A model generated the notes under the pieces. That model was not told the origin of the DNA. It ran no database searches and saw nothing but the letters and a program-made list of their open reading frames with translations. Shown piece by piece: positions 18,951 through 27,975 of a stretch of 62,568 nt of DNA. Positions within the stretch are counted from its first letter, which is position 1; each line of letters begins with the position of its first letter. The position numbers were made by a program, and so were the translations under genes. Origin of the DNA: a virus (taxonomy: Duplodnaviria > Caudoviricetes); the IMG/VR virus record IMGVR_UViG_3300044953_000267, positions 1 to 62,568 of that record; one strand, given 5' to 3'.

Positions 18951-20135
18951 TTAAAGTAACCAAGTTAAATTTTCTTTTTTATTACTTCCCAAATTCATTT
19001 GCCATGCTTCATGTGCTTCTAAATTATTTGGTTTGTACACTGCTTCTGAAGCTCCGGTTCTATTAATTCCACTTAATAAAGATTTATTTAAGTCGATTCC
19101 TTGTTGACGCAACTTTAATGCAGTATCTCTGACCCACAATCCTATTCCAAATGACATAACTAAATCGTCATGATGATTTGGCATAGCTTCAGGTTTATTA
19201 CCATTCCATATAAATGTGCTTAATTCGTTCATTAAACGAACTGAACGAACTTCAATACTACGTTCTCTAAAATACATTTCCATTCTAGATACCAATAATG
19301 GTCTTGTTTTCATCGTAGTTGTAAACCCCGGAACCATTTTCTTTTCTTCTCTATAGTATTTGTTACTCAATTGTCTTTCAACGTCTACATATTGAAGATC
19401 TGCGCTGCTATAAAATGTATTTGGATACTGTCTGTCAATAATTTGTTGTAATACTGCCCATCCAATGTTTGCATTTTCTACAACCAACAATGCATTGTTA
19501 TATTCGGTTGCCGCTCCTACCAAAAAGTTACCATAATCTTTAGTTCCTATTTGTCCTTGATATTCAGCAACTTGAGTAAAGCTTTCAACGTCAATTACGT
19601 GAAATGCACTATAATCTGAACTATCACCACGAGCTACGTCAGCACTAATTATATAGTTACGAGTATAGTCTGGATATTCCCAAATCCAATATCCTTTATC
19701 TATTCCTCTCATTTCAATTGGATCTTTTACTTTTTCTGCTTTATAAAATTCTATTGTTGGAATTTCAATAACAGTATTACCGGTTGTTGTAAAATCACAA
19801 TTATGTGATACAATACCATCTACATAGAATAAGTTTCCTCCAGCAACATTAACTATATCATATAATTCTATCTGGGAATTTATAATCTTCTTTGCTTTTA
19901 CAAATGTTAAAATTGAGTTTTCACTATCTATTTCATCTCCAATATTTAATAATTCCGCAGCTATTTCTTTTTCTTTTTGTATGAATTTATGTTCTTTTGA
20001 ACATTTAATAATTTTATTGTTTGATAACAATATTTCAACATAAGAATCTTTAATGACTTTTCTTAAACCAGAGAACGATTGATATCCACTTGGAGTTAAA
20101 ATTTTGTATTTATTGTTATTTTTTAAAGAAATCAT
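18951..20135 (-). CDS. terL: Terminase large subunit C-fragment (nuclease) fused to split intein C-part
   Basis: Residues 1-112 are intein (KILTPSG, CSKEH, LYDIVNV, VSHN); extein starts CDF and has ISADVARG, VVENANIG, HDDLVMS. Confidence 0.92.
   Translation of the reverse strand: MISLKNNNKYKILTPSGYQSFSGLRKVIKDSYVEILLSNNKIIKCSKEHKFIQKEKEIAAELLNIGDEIDSENSILTFVKAKKIINSQIELYDIVNVAGGNLFYVDGIVSHNCDFTTTGNTVIEIPTIEFYKAEKVKDPIEMRGIDKGYWIWEYPDYTRNYIISADVARGDSSDYSAFHVIDVESFTQVAEYQGQIGTKDYGNFLVGAATEYNNALLVVENANIGWAVLQQIIDRQYPNTFYSSADLQYVDVERQLSNKYYREEKKMVPGFTTTMKTRPLLVSRMEMYFRERSIEVRSVRLMNELSTFIWNGNKPEAMPNHHDDLVMSFGIGLWVRDTALKLRQQGIDLNKSLLSGINRTGASEAVYKPNNLEAHEAWQMNLGSNKKENLTWLL
19800..20135 (-). mobile_element. 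Split intein C-fragment (112 aa)
   Basis: Block B CSKEH, block F LYDIVNV, terminal HN followed by Cys+1. Confidence 0.9.
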
Positions 20136-20872
20136 ATTTTTATTCTTATGAATTTACATTTTAGATGGTTTTTAATTTCAATTTGTCGTATTTTATCTTT
20201 TTTTAAATACTTTGGATTGTTATGACGATTTTCATCTATTTCTAATACAACATTTTTTATTGGATCGTAGGCATCTAAAAAATATCCTAACTCTTTTATA
20301 TAAAATTCTCCTCCGTTTTCAGCATGTATAAAATTATATCCGTATTTTTTTCCATAATTTTCAATTATGGATATTGCATTTTTATTATATCTAGGAACTA
20401 TTTGATTACCAATTTTTGATTCTAAATGTTTTAATGTAGATATTCTCTGTTTTCTTTTTGTTTCTATTGAATGTGTTTTTCCCTCCCATGTATTATGATA
20501 TGAAGGACATTTTCTACAAAAAGAAGTCCATACATACTTTTTTCCACATTCACATTTTAATTTATTAATATCACTATTATATTCAATTAAAAATTTTACT
20601 CGATATTTAAAATTATAAGAACCTTTCCACGTTTTTTGTTTTTTTAATATCAATTCTAAAATTTTTGTATGATCATAAATAGATAAATATAGTATTGGAT
20701 TTTTCTTTATTAATATTCTATTTTTTCCTTTTCCGTATAAATGCTTATATAAGTCGTTTTTTTTCAATTCACTAATTGTTTCTGATAATGTATATCTATC
20801 AGTAATCGAATTAAGATTAGTTTTTATCTTCTCCCATCCTCGTTTAACATTAACACTCACTTTTGCATTCAT
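20132..20872 (-). CDS. Free-standing Vsr-like homing endonuclease between the split terminase halves
   Basis: GKTHSIETKRK (NUMOD3-like), YFLDAYD..NVVLEIDE..H...D..RQ..I...RI; overlaps both terminase ORFs. Confidence 0.8.
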   Translation of the reverse strand: MNAKVSVNVKRGWEKIKTNLNSITDRYTLSETISELKKNDLYKHLYGKGKNRILIKKNPILYLSIYDHTKILELILKKQKTWKGSYNFKYRVKFLIEYNSDINKLKCECGKKYVWTSFCRKCPSYHNTWEGKTHSIETKRKQRISTLKHLESKIGNQIVPRYNKNAISIIENYGKKYGYNFIHAENGGEFYIKELGYFLDAYDPIKNVVLEIDENRHNNPKYLKKDKIRQIEIKNHLKCKFIRIKI

Positions 20873-21704
20873 GTATATACATATTATAGAATTCTTCCAA
20901 TGTTATAAATTTTTTCTCATTCGTTTCTGTGTTTAGAACTGAAATTTTTGACTGTCCCCATAAACAATCACATTCTTGTGCGGATCCTTTTACTCCACTT
21001 AATGCGGTTTGTTCATCTCTCCACTTTTGATTTCTTTCTGGATGTAAGTGCCAAGGCAATTTAATTGTATTAAATTTATTTCTTTTTGCTTCAGCATCAA
21101 CCCATGTTTTATAAAAGAAATTACCAACTCCATTTGGAGTACTCAATATAATTGCACGACCACCTGTACTTAGTGTGTATTGTGCAGAAAGCCATATTTC
21201 TTCAATATTATCAATAAAAGCAGCTTCGTCTATTATTAACAATGAAAGTGCAGCAGAACGACCAGCAGTACCCGCACTACTTTCTGCTTTAATAGTTGCC
21301 CCATTCTTTAATATTAAGGAAAGACGATTATTTTCAGCAAATGGAACTTTTAACCAAGATGGTAAATTATCATTTGCAAAACGAACACGAGTCACTATTT
21401 CTTTACTGGTTTCTTGTGTAATACTAATACAACGAATATTTTTATCTGTATGAAACACCATCATCCATAAACTATATGCCGCTACTAATGTACTAATACC
21501 CATTTGACGAGCTTTTAATATAATATTAAAATCATGTTCAACAATACCAGTTAATGCTTCTTCTTGAAATGGATATAAATCAAAATTAATTGTACCACGA
21601 ATAGGATGTTGAATCTTGACATATTTCTTCATGAAATATATCGGATCTTTTAAACATTTTTTATACTCTTCCTTAATTATTTCTTTTAATGTTTTTTCAG
21701 ACAT
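20850..21704 (-). CDS. terL: Terminase large subunit N-fragment (ATPase) fused to split intein N-part
   Basis: LYPFQ, KARQMGIST (Walker A), LLIIDEAAF (Walker B), STPNG; extein ends AQECD, then CLWGQSKI... Confidence 0.92.
   Translation of the reverse strand: MSEKTLKEIIKEEYKKCLKDPIYFMKKYVKIQHPIRGTINFDLYPFQEEALTGIVEHDFNIILKARQMGISTLVAAYSLWMMVFHTDKNIRCISITQETSKEIVTRVRFANDNLPSWLKVPFAENNRLSLILKNGATIKAESSAGTAGRSAALSLLIIDEAAFIDNIEEIWLSAQYTLSTGGRAIILSTPNGVGNFFYKTWVDAEAKRNKFNTIKLPWHLHPERNQKWRDEQTALSGVKGSAQECDCLWGQSKISVLNTETNEKKFITLEEFYNMYIHECKSEC
20853..20966 (-). mobile_element. Split intein N-fragment (38 aa)
   Basis: Block A CLWGQSKISV...ITLEEFY, then stop. Confidence 0.85.
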
Positions 21705-22377
21705 TATTTTCCTTATCTTTTATTTTTCGAATAACAATATCTTTAATATTTTTTTCAACACTTTTATCGTATTTATTGTGCTCCAATTCTGTATTTGCTA
21801 AAGTTATAAGATTATTAATACGATCCAAATCTTTTTTTAAATCCGCTAATACAATTTCACGACGATCTGTATCATCAAGCCAAGTTTCTTTACTTCCATC
21901 TTCATTGAAGAATTGTAAAGTTTTAGAAGATGCATAATACTTCTCTAAATACTCAATACTTTCAGTAATTTTTTGTTTGAAATCTATAAGTTGAGTCAAC
22001 TCATTATTTACAGTCTTATATTTTTCATAATCTTGAAAGTATCCTTTTTGTCTCAAAGTTCCTTCAAATTCAATATTACATTCATAACAACGTTGAGTTT
22101 TAGGATATGTTTTTTCGTCCAAATAATTACCCCACTTCATATCTGCGTTACAAATAGTACAACGTGGTTCCAAAATAAACTGTGCTTTTTTACTAACACG
22201 ATGTTTATATCCATTCTTTTTTACCCATTTAACTCCATTATTATCTTCCCATTCTTCTCCCTCTTTTCGACTTCGTAACGCTACATTTTCGTCATAACCA
22301 ACTTGTACGAATGGACGCTCTCCGCTTAAATAATCACGAACTATACTAAGATTGCTTTTACCAGTGGCTTTTTTCAT
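21697..22377 (-). CDS. Hypothetical Zn-ribbon/coiled-coil protein upstream of terminase
   Basis: CTIC...CYEC; overlaps terminase start. Confidence 0.65.
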   Translation of the reverse strand: MKKATGKSNLSIVRDYLSGERPFVQVGYDENVALRSRKEGEEWEDNNGVKWVKKNGYKHRVSKKAQFILEPRCTICNADMKWGNYLDEKTYPKTQRCYECNIEFEGTLRQKGYFQDYEKYKTVNNELTQLIDFKQKITESIEYLEKYYASSKTLQFFNEDGSKETWLDDTDRREIVLADLKKDLDRINNLITLANTELEHNKYDKSVEKNIKDIVIRKIKDKENNV

Positions 22378-22470
22378 AAATAATTATAACAATTTATATT
22401 AAATATATGTCGAATTTCATTAACGTTTTTATTTTTCTATATACTGTATATCTATAAATATAATAAAATA

Positions 22471-22501
22471 AAAACCCTGTCAGATTTATTCTGAAAGGGT
22501 T
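22471..22501 (-). terminator. Probable terminator after tail sheath gene
   Basis: AACCCTGTCAGA-TTTAT-TCTGAAAGGGTT stem (one mismatch), followed by U-rich tract on minus strand. Confidence 0.65.
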
Positions 22502-22520
22502 GTGAATTAATATACTTTAA

Positions 22521-25500
22521 TTACGCACCGGGAAATTGAGCACCTGTTGGCAAGATGTTAAAGTCAAGTACGATAAATTCAGCAGTCTTAGCTGGTTGAA
22601 GATAGATTTGTCCATAAAGAATGTTTCTATCAATCAAATCAGGCGTATTATTTTGGTCATCCATCTTAACTTGGAAGGCATACAAACCACTGCGTTGTTG
22701 TACACTTTCAAGATATGGATTAACAATACCTAAGAAACGATTTCTTGTAGCTGCGACATTTTGTTCAAATACCAAGAACTTACTGCTACTTGCAATAAAT
22801 TTCTTGAGTGCAATCAACAAGCGACGAACATTAATACGATCCAATGCACTTGCCTTGAATTGTAATGTTTTTTGACCCCATACACAAATTCCTTGACCGG
22901 GGAATGCAGCTATTGGATTAACTCTTCCTTCATAGAGAGTATCTCTTTCAGCATGAGTCAATCTGTCAAGTACTTGAACTGCTTGTGGAATTCCACCACG
23001 ATTCAATCCGGCAGGAGCAAACCATTCAGCACTTGCATTATCATTTGCTGCGTATACAGATGGCATGATAATTGAAGGAGGAACACTTACAATCTTGTTC
23101 AAATTAGTATCAAGAATCTTGACCCAAGGATAATATGTTCCTACATAGTTACTATCAACCGTCGATACATCATTGACAGCAGCATCAATTAATCCAACTG
23201 TTTGATTGCTACGAGGAAATACGATGTTATCCATGATATAGAAACAGTCTCCACGAGATTCGCACATATCGGTTACTAATTGTGCAACATAACTATGTTG
23301 ACTGTGGAAAATACCCGGAGTAACAATTAAGTTTATATCGAATTCATCCGCATTTCCAAGAGCACCAACACATTGTTTGTAAGCAATACTACCTGCACTA
23401 TTAATATTAACACAATTTAATCCTTGTGTATTTCCTGCGGTAATATCACTTCCAACATTGATTGGAACTGCTGGTGATTGACCATCAAAGCCACCTTGGA
23501 ATCCTAGTACAAATTTGCGCATCTTAACATAATTTGTTTCATTTGCTGCATCATATGTACTTGGAATACTTCCACTGGTTGCTGCTGGTAACAAAGATCC
23601 AGTTGTGCTAAATTCACCAATTGTTACATCTTCCAAATTGAAGTCTTCATTAACTCCATTACTGTCAGATGCTCCAAATGCTGGAAGTGGTGCGAAATAT
23701 TGCAACGTATCTGCGGCAACAGTTACACCAGTACTTGCAGTTGGATATAATGCAGCTAATTCATCATCAGCACCTAATGGAATATCACCGAATATTGTAC
23801 CAGACGGATACTTACCCGGAGCTTGACCATAAATACTTGCTTTAGAGTATTTTACTTTTGGAACATATGATGTTAGTGAACTTCCAATTGGAGTTGAATA
23901 TGCTTTGAATCCATAAGGAACTGCACTGACTGGATAAGCAATATCACTCATTTCAATGCGAACATATTTACTCAAGTTTGAATATGTTCCGAACTCAATA
24001 ATCTTACCTGCATAGGTAATATAATTGTATCTATCACCAATACGACGTGCAATAAAGTTTGCACTGTCAGGATCAAGAGTCAAGTTTTGGAAAATTTCCA
24101 AATACTTAGGTTTTTTGTCTGTATCACTATAGTCACGAACTGCCAATGTAAAGCTGCCCCAGTCACTTCCAGCAACTGTTCCTGCTAATTTTACATTGCC
24201 AATTTCAATCTTATACTTATTATTGGTACTTGTTCCATCTGAAAGAGTATGAACTTTAAACAATTGGAACTTAGTTGATGTAGTTGAACTACCATCGGCA
24301 CTCCAAGGAGCAATTTTTTGACTTGTTACCCAAGGAGTTGTAGCATTTGTTAATGCAAACGCACAATCACCGGCATTCAAGTTAGTTGAATAACTATCAG
24401 TAAATGTCAAAGGTTCACCAGTAGACACAGATCCTGATGGTAATGCTGCTCCAACTAATCTCCACCCATCACTTGTAGAAGTATAATTTGCAGCAACTCT
24501 CTTCAAGCTACTTTCAAAGAATTTATACAAATAAGCAGCTTCAATCTTAGTTCCACTGACTTGTTTTGCTGGATCTCCAGCAGTTGGATCAGTACCAAAT
24601 ACATTTGAAATATATTTAGAACTTGCTGGATCAATTGAGAAGTCATAGGTGCCGACAGTCGAACCATTTGATTTAAGATTCAATTTGAAATTCAAATTGT
24701 CATAATCAAAACTTCCACTATATACTCCACTTGTAGCAGAAGCAGTAATTAATGTACTTCCGCTAAATCCGGGAGCATTAAAACTACTATCCAATGACGC
24801 ATATTGGGTATCTGCCAATACTGCTAATACAAGAGGTAAACGAGCACTACTTGTATTTGGGCTACAAGGATCAGCAGATGGTGTATAACCTGCTGTAAAT
24901 GACCCGTTTAAGTTACCAAACGATCCACTAACTACACCAGAAATAATAATTTTTACTCCGCAACCATTAGTATCTCTTTGTGCTTTGAATGATCCGCTAA
25001 CTAACTTAATTGAAGAACCATCTGTGCTGATACCTTGATCCAAATTGACAATAGTCACCGAAAGACCAAATGAACCACTTACTCCAGCACCGGTAATACC
25101 ACCAACTTCAGTTAATGCTTGCAACAATTTTTGTTGAGAAGTATAATTATTATTTCCTTGTATACTACTAGATACATAGTTAATGGCTGATCCGATTGTT
25201 TGTGCAGCATTGAATGCAAATGTAAATTGTTGTCCGTAATATAATAAACTTCCACTTGGAGAAGTTACTGTTAAGTCAGTATCATCTGCGGCTACGGATT
25301 GAAATTTACCGACAAATGAACTTCCACTAGTAAATACTAAAGATCCTGCGCTTACAGCACTATTTGATCCGGTCGTATAAGTAAGTGTTTCAGCTAAACT
25401 TGATGTAGTAGTAGCATCAAAAAGCAAATATGAACTTCCACTATTCAAAGCACCTGCTGAATTGCTTCTACCCCACGTTCCGGGTTCAGCATAAAGTACA

Positions 25501-25817
25501 AATGGTTTTAATTGATTATATCCTGTCAATGCACCCACACGGCAAACGGTTACGAACCCTTTTTCTTTTAGATATTCTTTTGCTGTATAAGGTCCGTAGT
25601 AAACTCCATCTGCAACGCCGAACTTTTCTTCAAGTTCAGCCGTGCTTCTTATGAGTGTAGGGGAAAACCCCGGACCTTGTGCAAATGGTGCAACAACAAC
25701 TGCACCAATATCTGCAACACCTTGTGCGATGCCGCTAAGATCGTTTTCGCGTGTAAATACACCGGGACTTACGATTCTGTCTGTTGGACTAAATTTTCCA
25801 CCTTCAGTTATTGGCAT
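22521..25817 (-). CDS. Contractile tail sheath protein (T4 gp18-like) with large inserted domains
   Basis: SPGVFTREND, YYPWV, WFAPAGLNRG, WGQKTL, DRINVRRLL, P.KTAEFI.LDF. Confidence 0.95.
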   Translation of the reverse strand: MPITEGGKFSPTDRIVSPGVFTRENDLSGIAQGVADIGAVVVAPFAQGPGFSPTLIRSTAELEEKFGVADGVYYGPYTAKEYLKEKGFVTVCRVGALTGYNQLKPFVLYAEPGTWGRSNSAGALNSGSSYLLFDATTTSSLAETLTYTTGSNSAVSAGSLVFTSGSSFVGKFQSVAADDTDLTVTSPSGSLLYYGQQFTFAFNAAQTIGSAINYVSSSIQGNNNYTSQQKLLQALTEVGGITGAGVSGSFGLSVTIVNLDQGISTDGSSIKLVSGSFKAQRDTNGCGVKIIISGVVSGSFGNLNGSFTAGYTPSADPCSPNTSSARLPLVLAVLADTQYASLDSSFNAPGFSGSTLITASATSGVYSGSFDYDNLNFKLNLKSNGSTVGTYDFSIDPASSKYISNVFGTDPTAGDPAKQVSGTKIEAAYLYKFFESSLKRVAANYTSTSDGWRLVGAALPSGSVSTGEPLTFTDSYSTNLNAGDCAFALTNATTPWVTSQKIAPWSADGSSTTSTKFQLFKVHTLSDGTSTNNKYKIEIGNVKLAGTVAGSDWGSFTLAVRDYSDTDKKPKYLEIFQNLTLDPDSANFIARRIGDRYNYITYAGKIIEFGTYSNLSKYVRIEMSDIAYPVSAVPYGFKAYSTPIGSSLTSYVPKVKYSKASIYGQAPGKYPSGTIFGDIPLGADDELAALYPTASTGVTVAADTLQYFAPLPAFGASDSNGVNEDFNLEDVTIGEFSTTGSLLPAATSGSIPSTYDAANETNYVKMRKFVLGFQGGFDGQSPAVPINVGSDITAGNTQGLNCVNINSAGSIAYKQCVGALGNADEFDINLIVTPGIFHSQHSYVAQLVTDMCESRGDCFYIMDNIVFPRSNQTVGLIDAAVNDVSTVDSNYVGTYYPWVKILDTNLNKIVSVPPSIIMPSVYAANDNASAEWFAPAGLNRGGIPQAVQVLDRLTHAERDTLYEGRVNPIAAFPGQGICVWGQKTLQFKASALDRINVRRLLIALKKFIASSSKFLVFEQNVAATRNRFLGIVNPYLESVQQRSGLYAFQVKMDDQNNTPDLIDRNILYGQIYLQPAKTAEFIVLDFNILPTGAQFPGA

Positions 25818-25921
25818 ATGTATTAATTCCTTTCAAAATAGTTTAAATTTATCAAATAAACTAAATATAAATATAGTTAATTTTTTCAAGATTATAATAT
25901 TTATCGGAAATTTTATAAAAA

Positions 25922-27949
25922 TTATGCCGACTCCGCTTCATATAATTTTCCAGTATTTGGATCCACTGCTACAAATTTGTATCCTGCTTGTGAAATTGAA
26001 GGTATAGTTGGCAATGCATCAAAAAAAACATCGGCATCAACTTTTAAATTTGATGCAGTAACTTTAGTAGTAACTGTTAAATTGTTAACTATTAAATTGT
26101 TAAATACAGCGTCTTGATTAGATCCGCCCGAAGGACTGCTACTACCAGATGGATCAAATGTTTGAATTGTTCGTAAATTAGAATATATCAGATTAGAGTT
26201 ATTATCGTACAACTCAGCTTTAATATCAAATAACTCATTTGCTTGATTTACGTTAAATGGTATTCTAACAGTGTATGATGATAAACTAAATCCACTAGTT
26301 TGATTTGGTTTAATTGATAAATTATTTATAATTAATGTATTCAAGTATCTAGGAACAATTACTAATGTACCATATAAATCATTTGATGGAGTAAATTTAA
26401 ATTGTAATGTTTTTATAAAATTTTTACGTGTAGTTGCGTCTGAAATTACAATATCTGCCAACTTTACTCCGTAAGTTGTATTATAATTTTTTTCTTTTTT
26501 ATTATCAATATAAGAACCAGTTAAATAAAATTCTAATGTTGCCACAGAATTTGGGTTCTTTGAACTAAAAAAACAATTAAAACTTAAAACATACTCTGTA
26601 TTTTTTATAAATTTCAAAAAATTAGTATCGTATGCAGATCCACTTTGATTATTATATTCTAATTGATCAAACGGAACATATGTAGAATTTCTGTATAAGG
26701 TTGAAGAGTTTAATTTTGTTATAATATATCCATTTGAAATATTGTTGCCGTCAATTTTTAATGCATCAATATATGTTGTATCATCATATGATAAACTTAT
26801 ATCATTTGAACTTGTAAACCAAAATCTATTTATAAAATCTAAAGAATAAAAATTTCCTAAATTTTGAAATGATTTTAATGGTACAACATCATTTTTTAAT
26901 ATTTCATTAACATTAAAATTTTCATCTAAAATAAGAGAATAATCACCTGCTATATTTAAACTTTTTCTATATATTTTATGACCTGAAACAATTCCACTGA
27001 ATGTATCTAAATTTCTATAAGTTATTTCTGCAATAGAGTATTTTTTGAATCGTGTTTGCCCAGTTAAACCTATACTTTCAGTAACATAACTTGAAGGAGT
27101 GAAAAATTGTGAATCATATGCATAACTTGAATATAAAATATTATAAGTGCCTTCAACAATATCAGTAACAACATTTTTGTTGTTTACTGTATTTTTGTAA
27201 ATAAAAGGATTTTCTAACTGAATAGTATTTTTATTTATTACATTTTTTATTGTAATTGAAGAAGTCTGTGAAATTAAAATATCTGAATTTGAATTATAAT
27301 TTTTAACTTTTGTTATATACAAATTTGCTTGAAATGGAACAAAACTCGCACTAAATATTGAATTAGTAGAAACGATTTGATAATCGACCAAATTTTTATC
27401 ATAGAAATTTTCATCAACGTTAAAATTACTAGAAGGATAAATTGATTTTCCATAAAATGTTCCAGTTGCTGTTTTTGGATTTGTTTCACTTACACTTGTT
27501 TGTGTTGCAAATGTTAACAATGGAAAAACTTCTATAGTTGGCTGACTATAAAATCTAGATTTACTTCTAGTTACTAATGAGTTATCTATATTAAAATAAG
27601 CTGTATATCTTACTATTTTAGAACCAAATGTACCTAATAAAAACAATTTTCCAACACCTTTATTGTTTTGTGGATATACATGAAAAGATAAAGTAATAGA
27701 TGTTGTTTTTCTTATAATAAAGTCATTATTTATTGCTTTTTCAACATATAACACGTTCCCTCCGGAATCTATAGCTTCTACTTGTAGATCAGATGGAGGG
27801 TTATTTACAACAAATGAATTTTTGCCACCATAAAAATTTTCATCAAACTCGGTTAAAATAAAATATGCAGAGGACAACAATGAAGTGTCCTCTACATCAA
27901 CTTTTAATTTCGATAATTCTAAACTAGTACCTGTTTTAAAATCTGGCAT
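25922..27949 (-). CDS. Putative virion structural protein
   Basis: Beta-rich, S/T/N-rich, upstream motif, adjacent to sheath. Confidence 0.5.
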   Translation of the reverse strand: MPDFKTGTSLELSKLKVDVEDTSLLSSAYFILTEFDENFYGGKNSFVVNNPPSDLQVEAIDSGGNVLYVEKAINNDFIIRKTTSITLSFHVYPQNNKGVGKLFLLGTFGSKIVRYTAYFNIDNSLVTRSKSRFYSQPTIEVFPLLTFATQTSVSETNPKTATGTFYGKSIYPSSNFNVDENFYDKNLVDYQIVSTNSIFSASFVPFQANLYITKVKNYNSNSDILISQTSSITIKNVINKNTIQLENPFIYKNTVNNKNVVTDIVEGTYNILYSSYAYDSQFFTPSSYVTESIGLTGQTRFKKYSIAEITYRNLDTFSGIVSGHKIYRKSLNIAGDYSLILDENFNVNEILKNDVVPLKSFQNLGNFYSLDFINRFWFTSSNDISLSYDDTTYIDALKIDGNNISNGYIITKLNSSTLYRNSTYVPFDQLEYNNQSGSAYDTNFLKFIKNTEYVLSFNCFFSSKNPNSVATLEFYLTGSYIDNKKEKNYNTTYGVKLADIVISDATTRKNFIKTLQFKFTPSNDLYGTLVIVPRYLNTLIINNLSIKPNQTSGFSLSSYTVRIPFNVNQANELFDIKAELYDNNSNLIYSNLRTIQTFDPSGSSSPSGGSNQDAVFNNLIVNNLTVTTKVTASNLKVDADVFFDALPTIPSISQAGYKFVAVDPNTGKLYEAESA

Positions 27950-27975
27950 ATACTCATAAATATATACCAGATTTA

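Noticed and set aside
20132-20872. Group I intron in the terminase gene
   Set aside because: The endonuclease ORF overlaps both flanking ORFs, leaving no non-coding room for a ribozyme core; intein motifs explain the break
21697-22377. Small terminase call for the gene upstream of terL
   Set aside because: Position fits, but I see no recognisable TerS motif; left as hypothetical pending HMM or structure search
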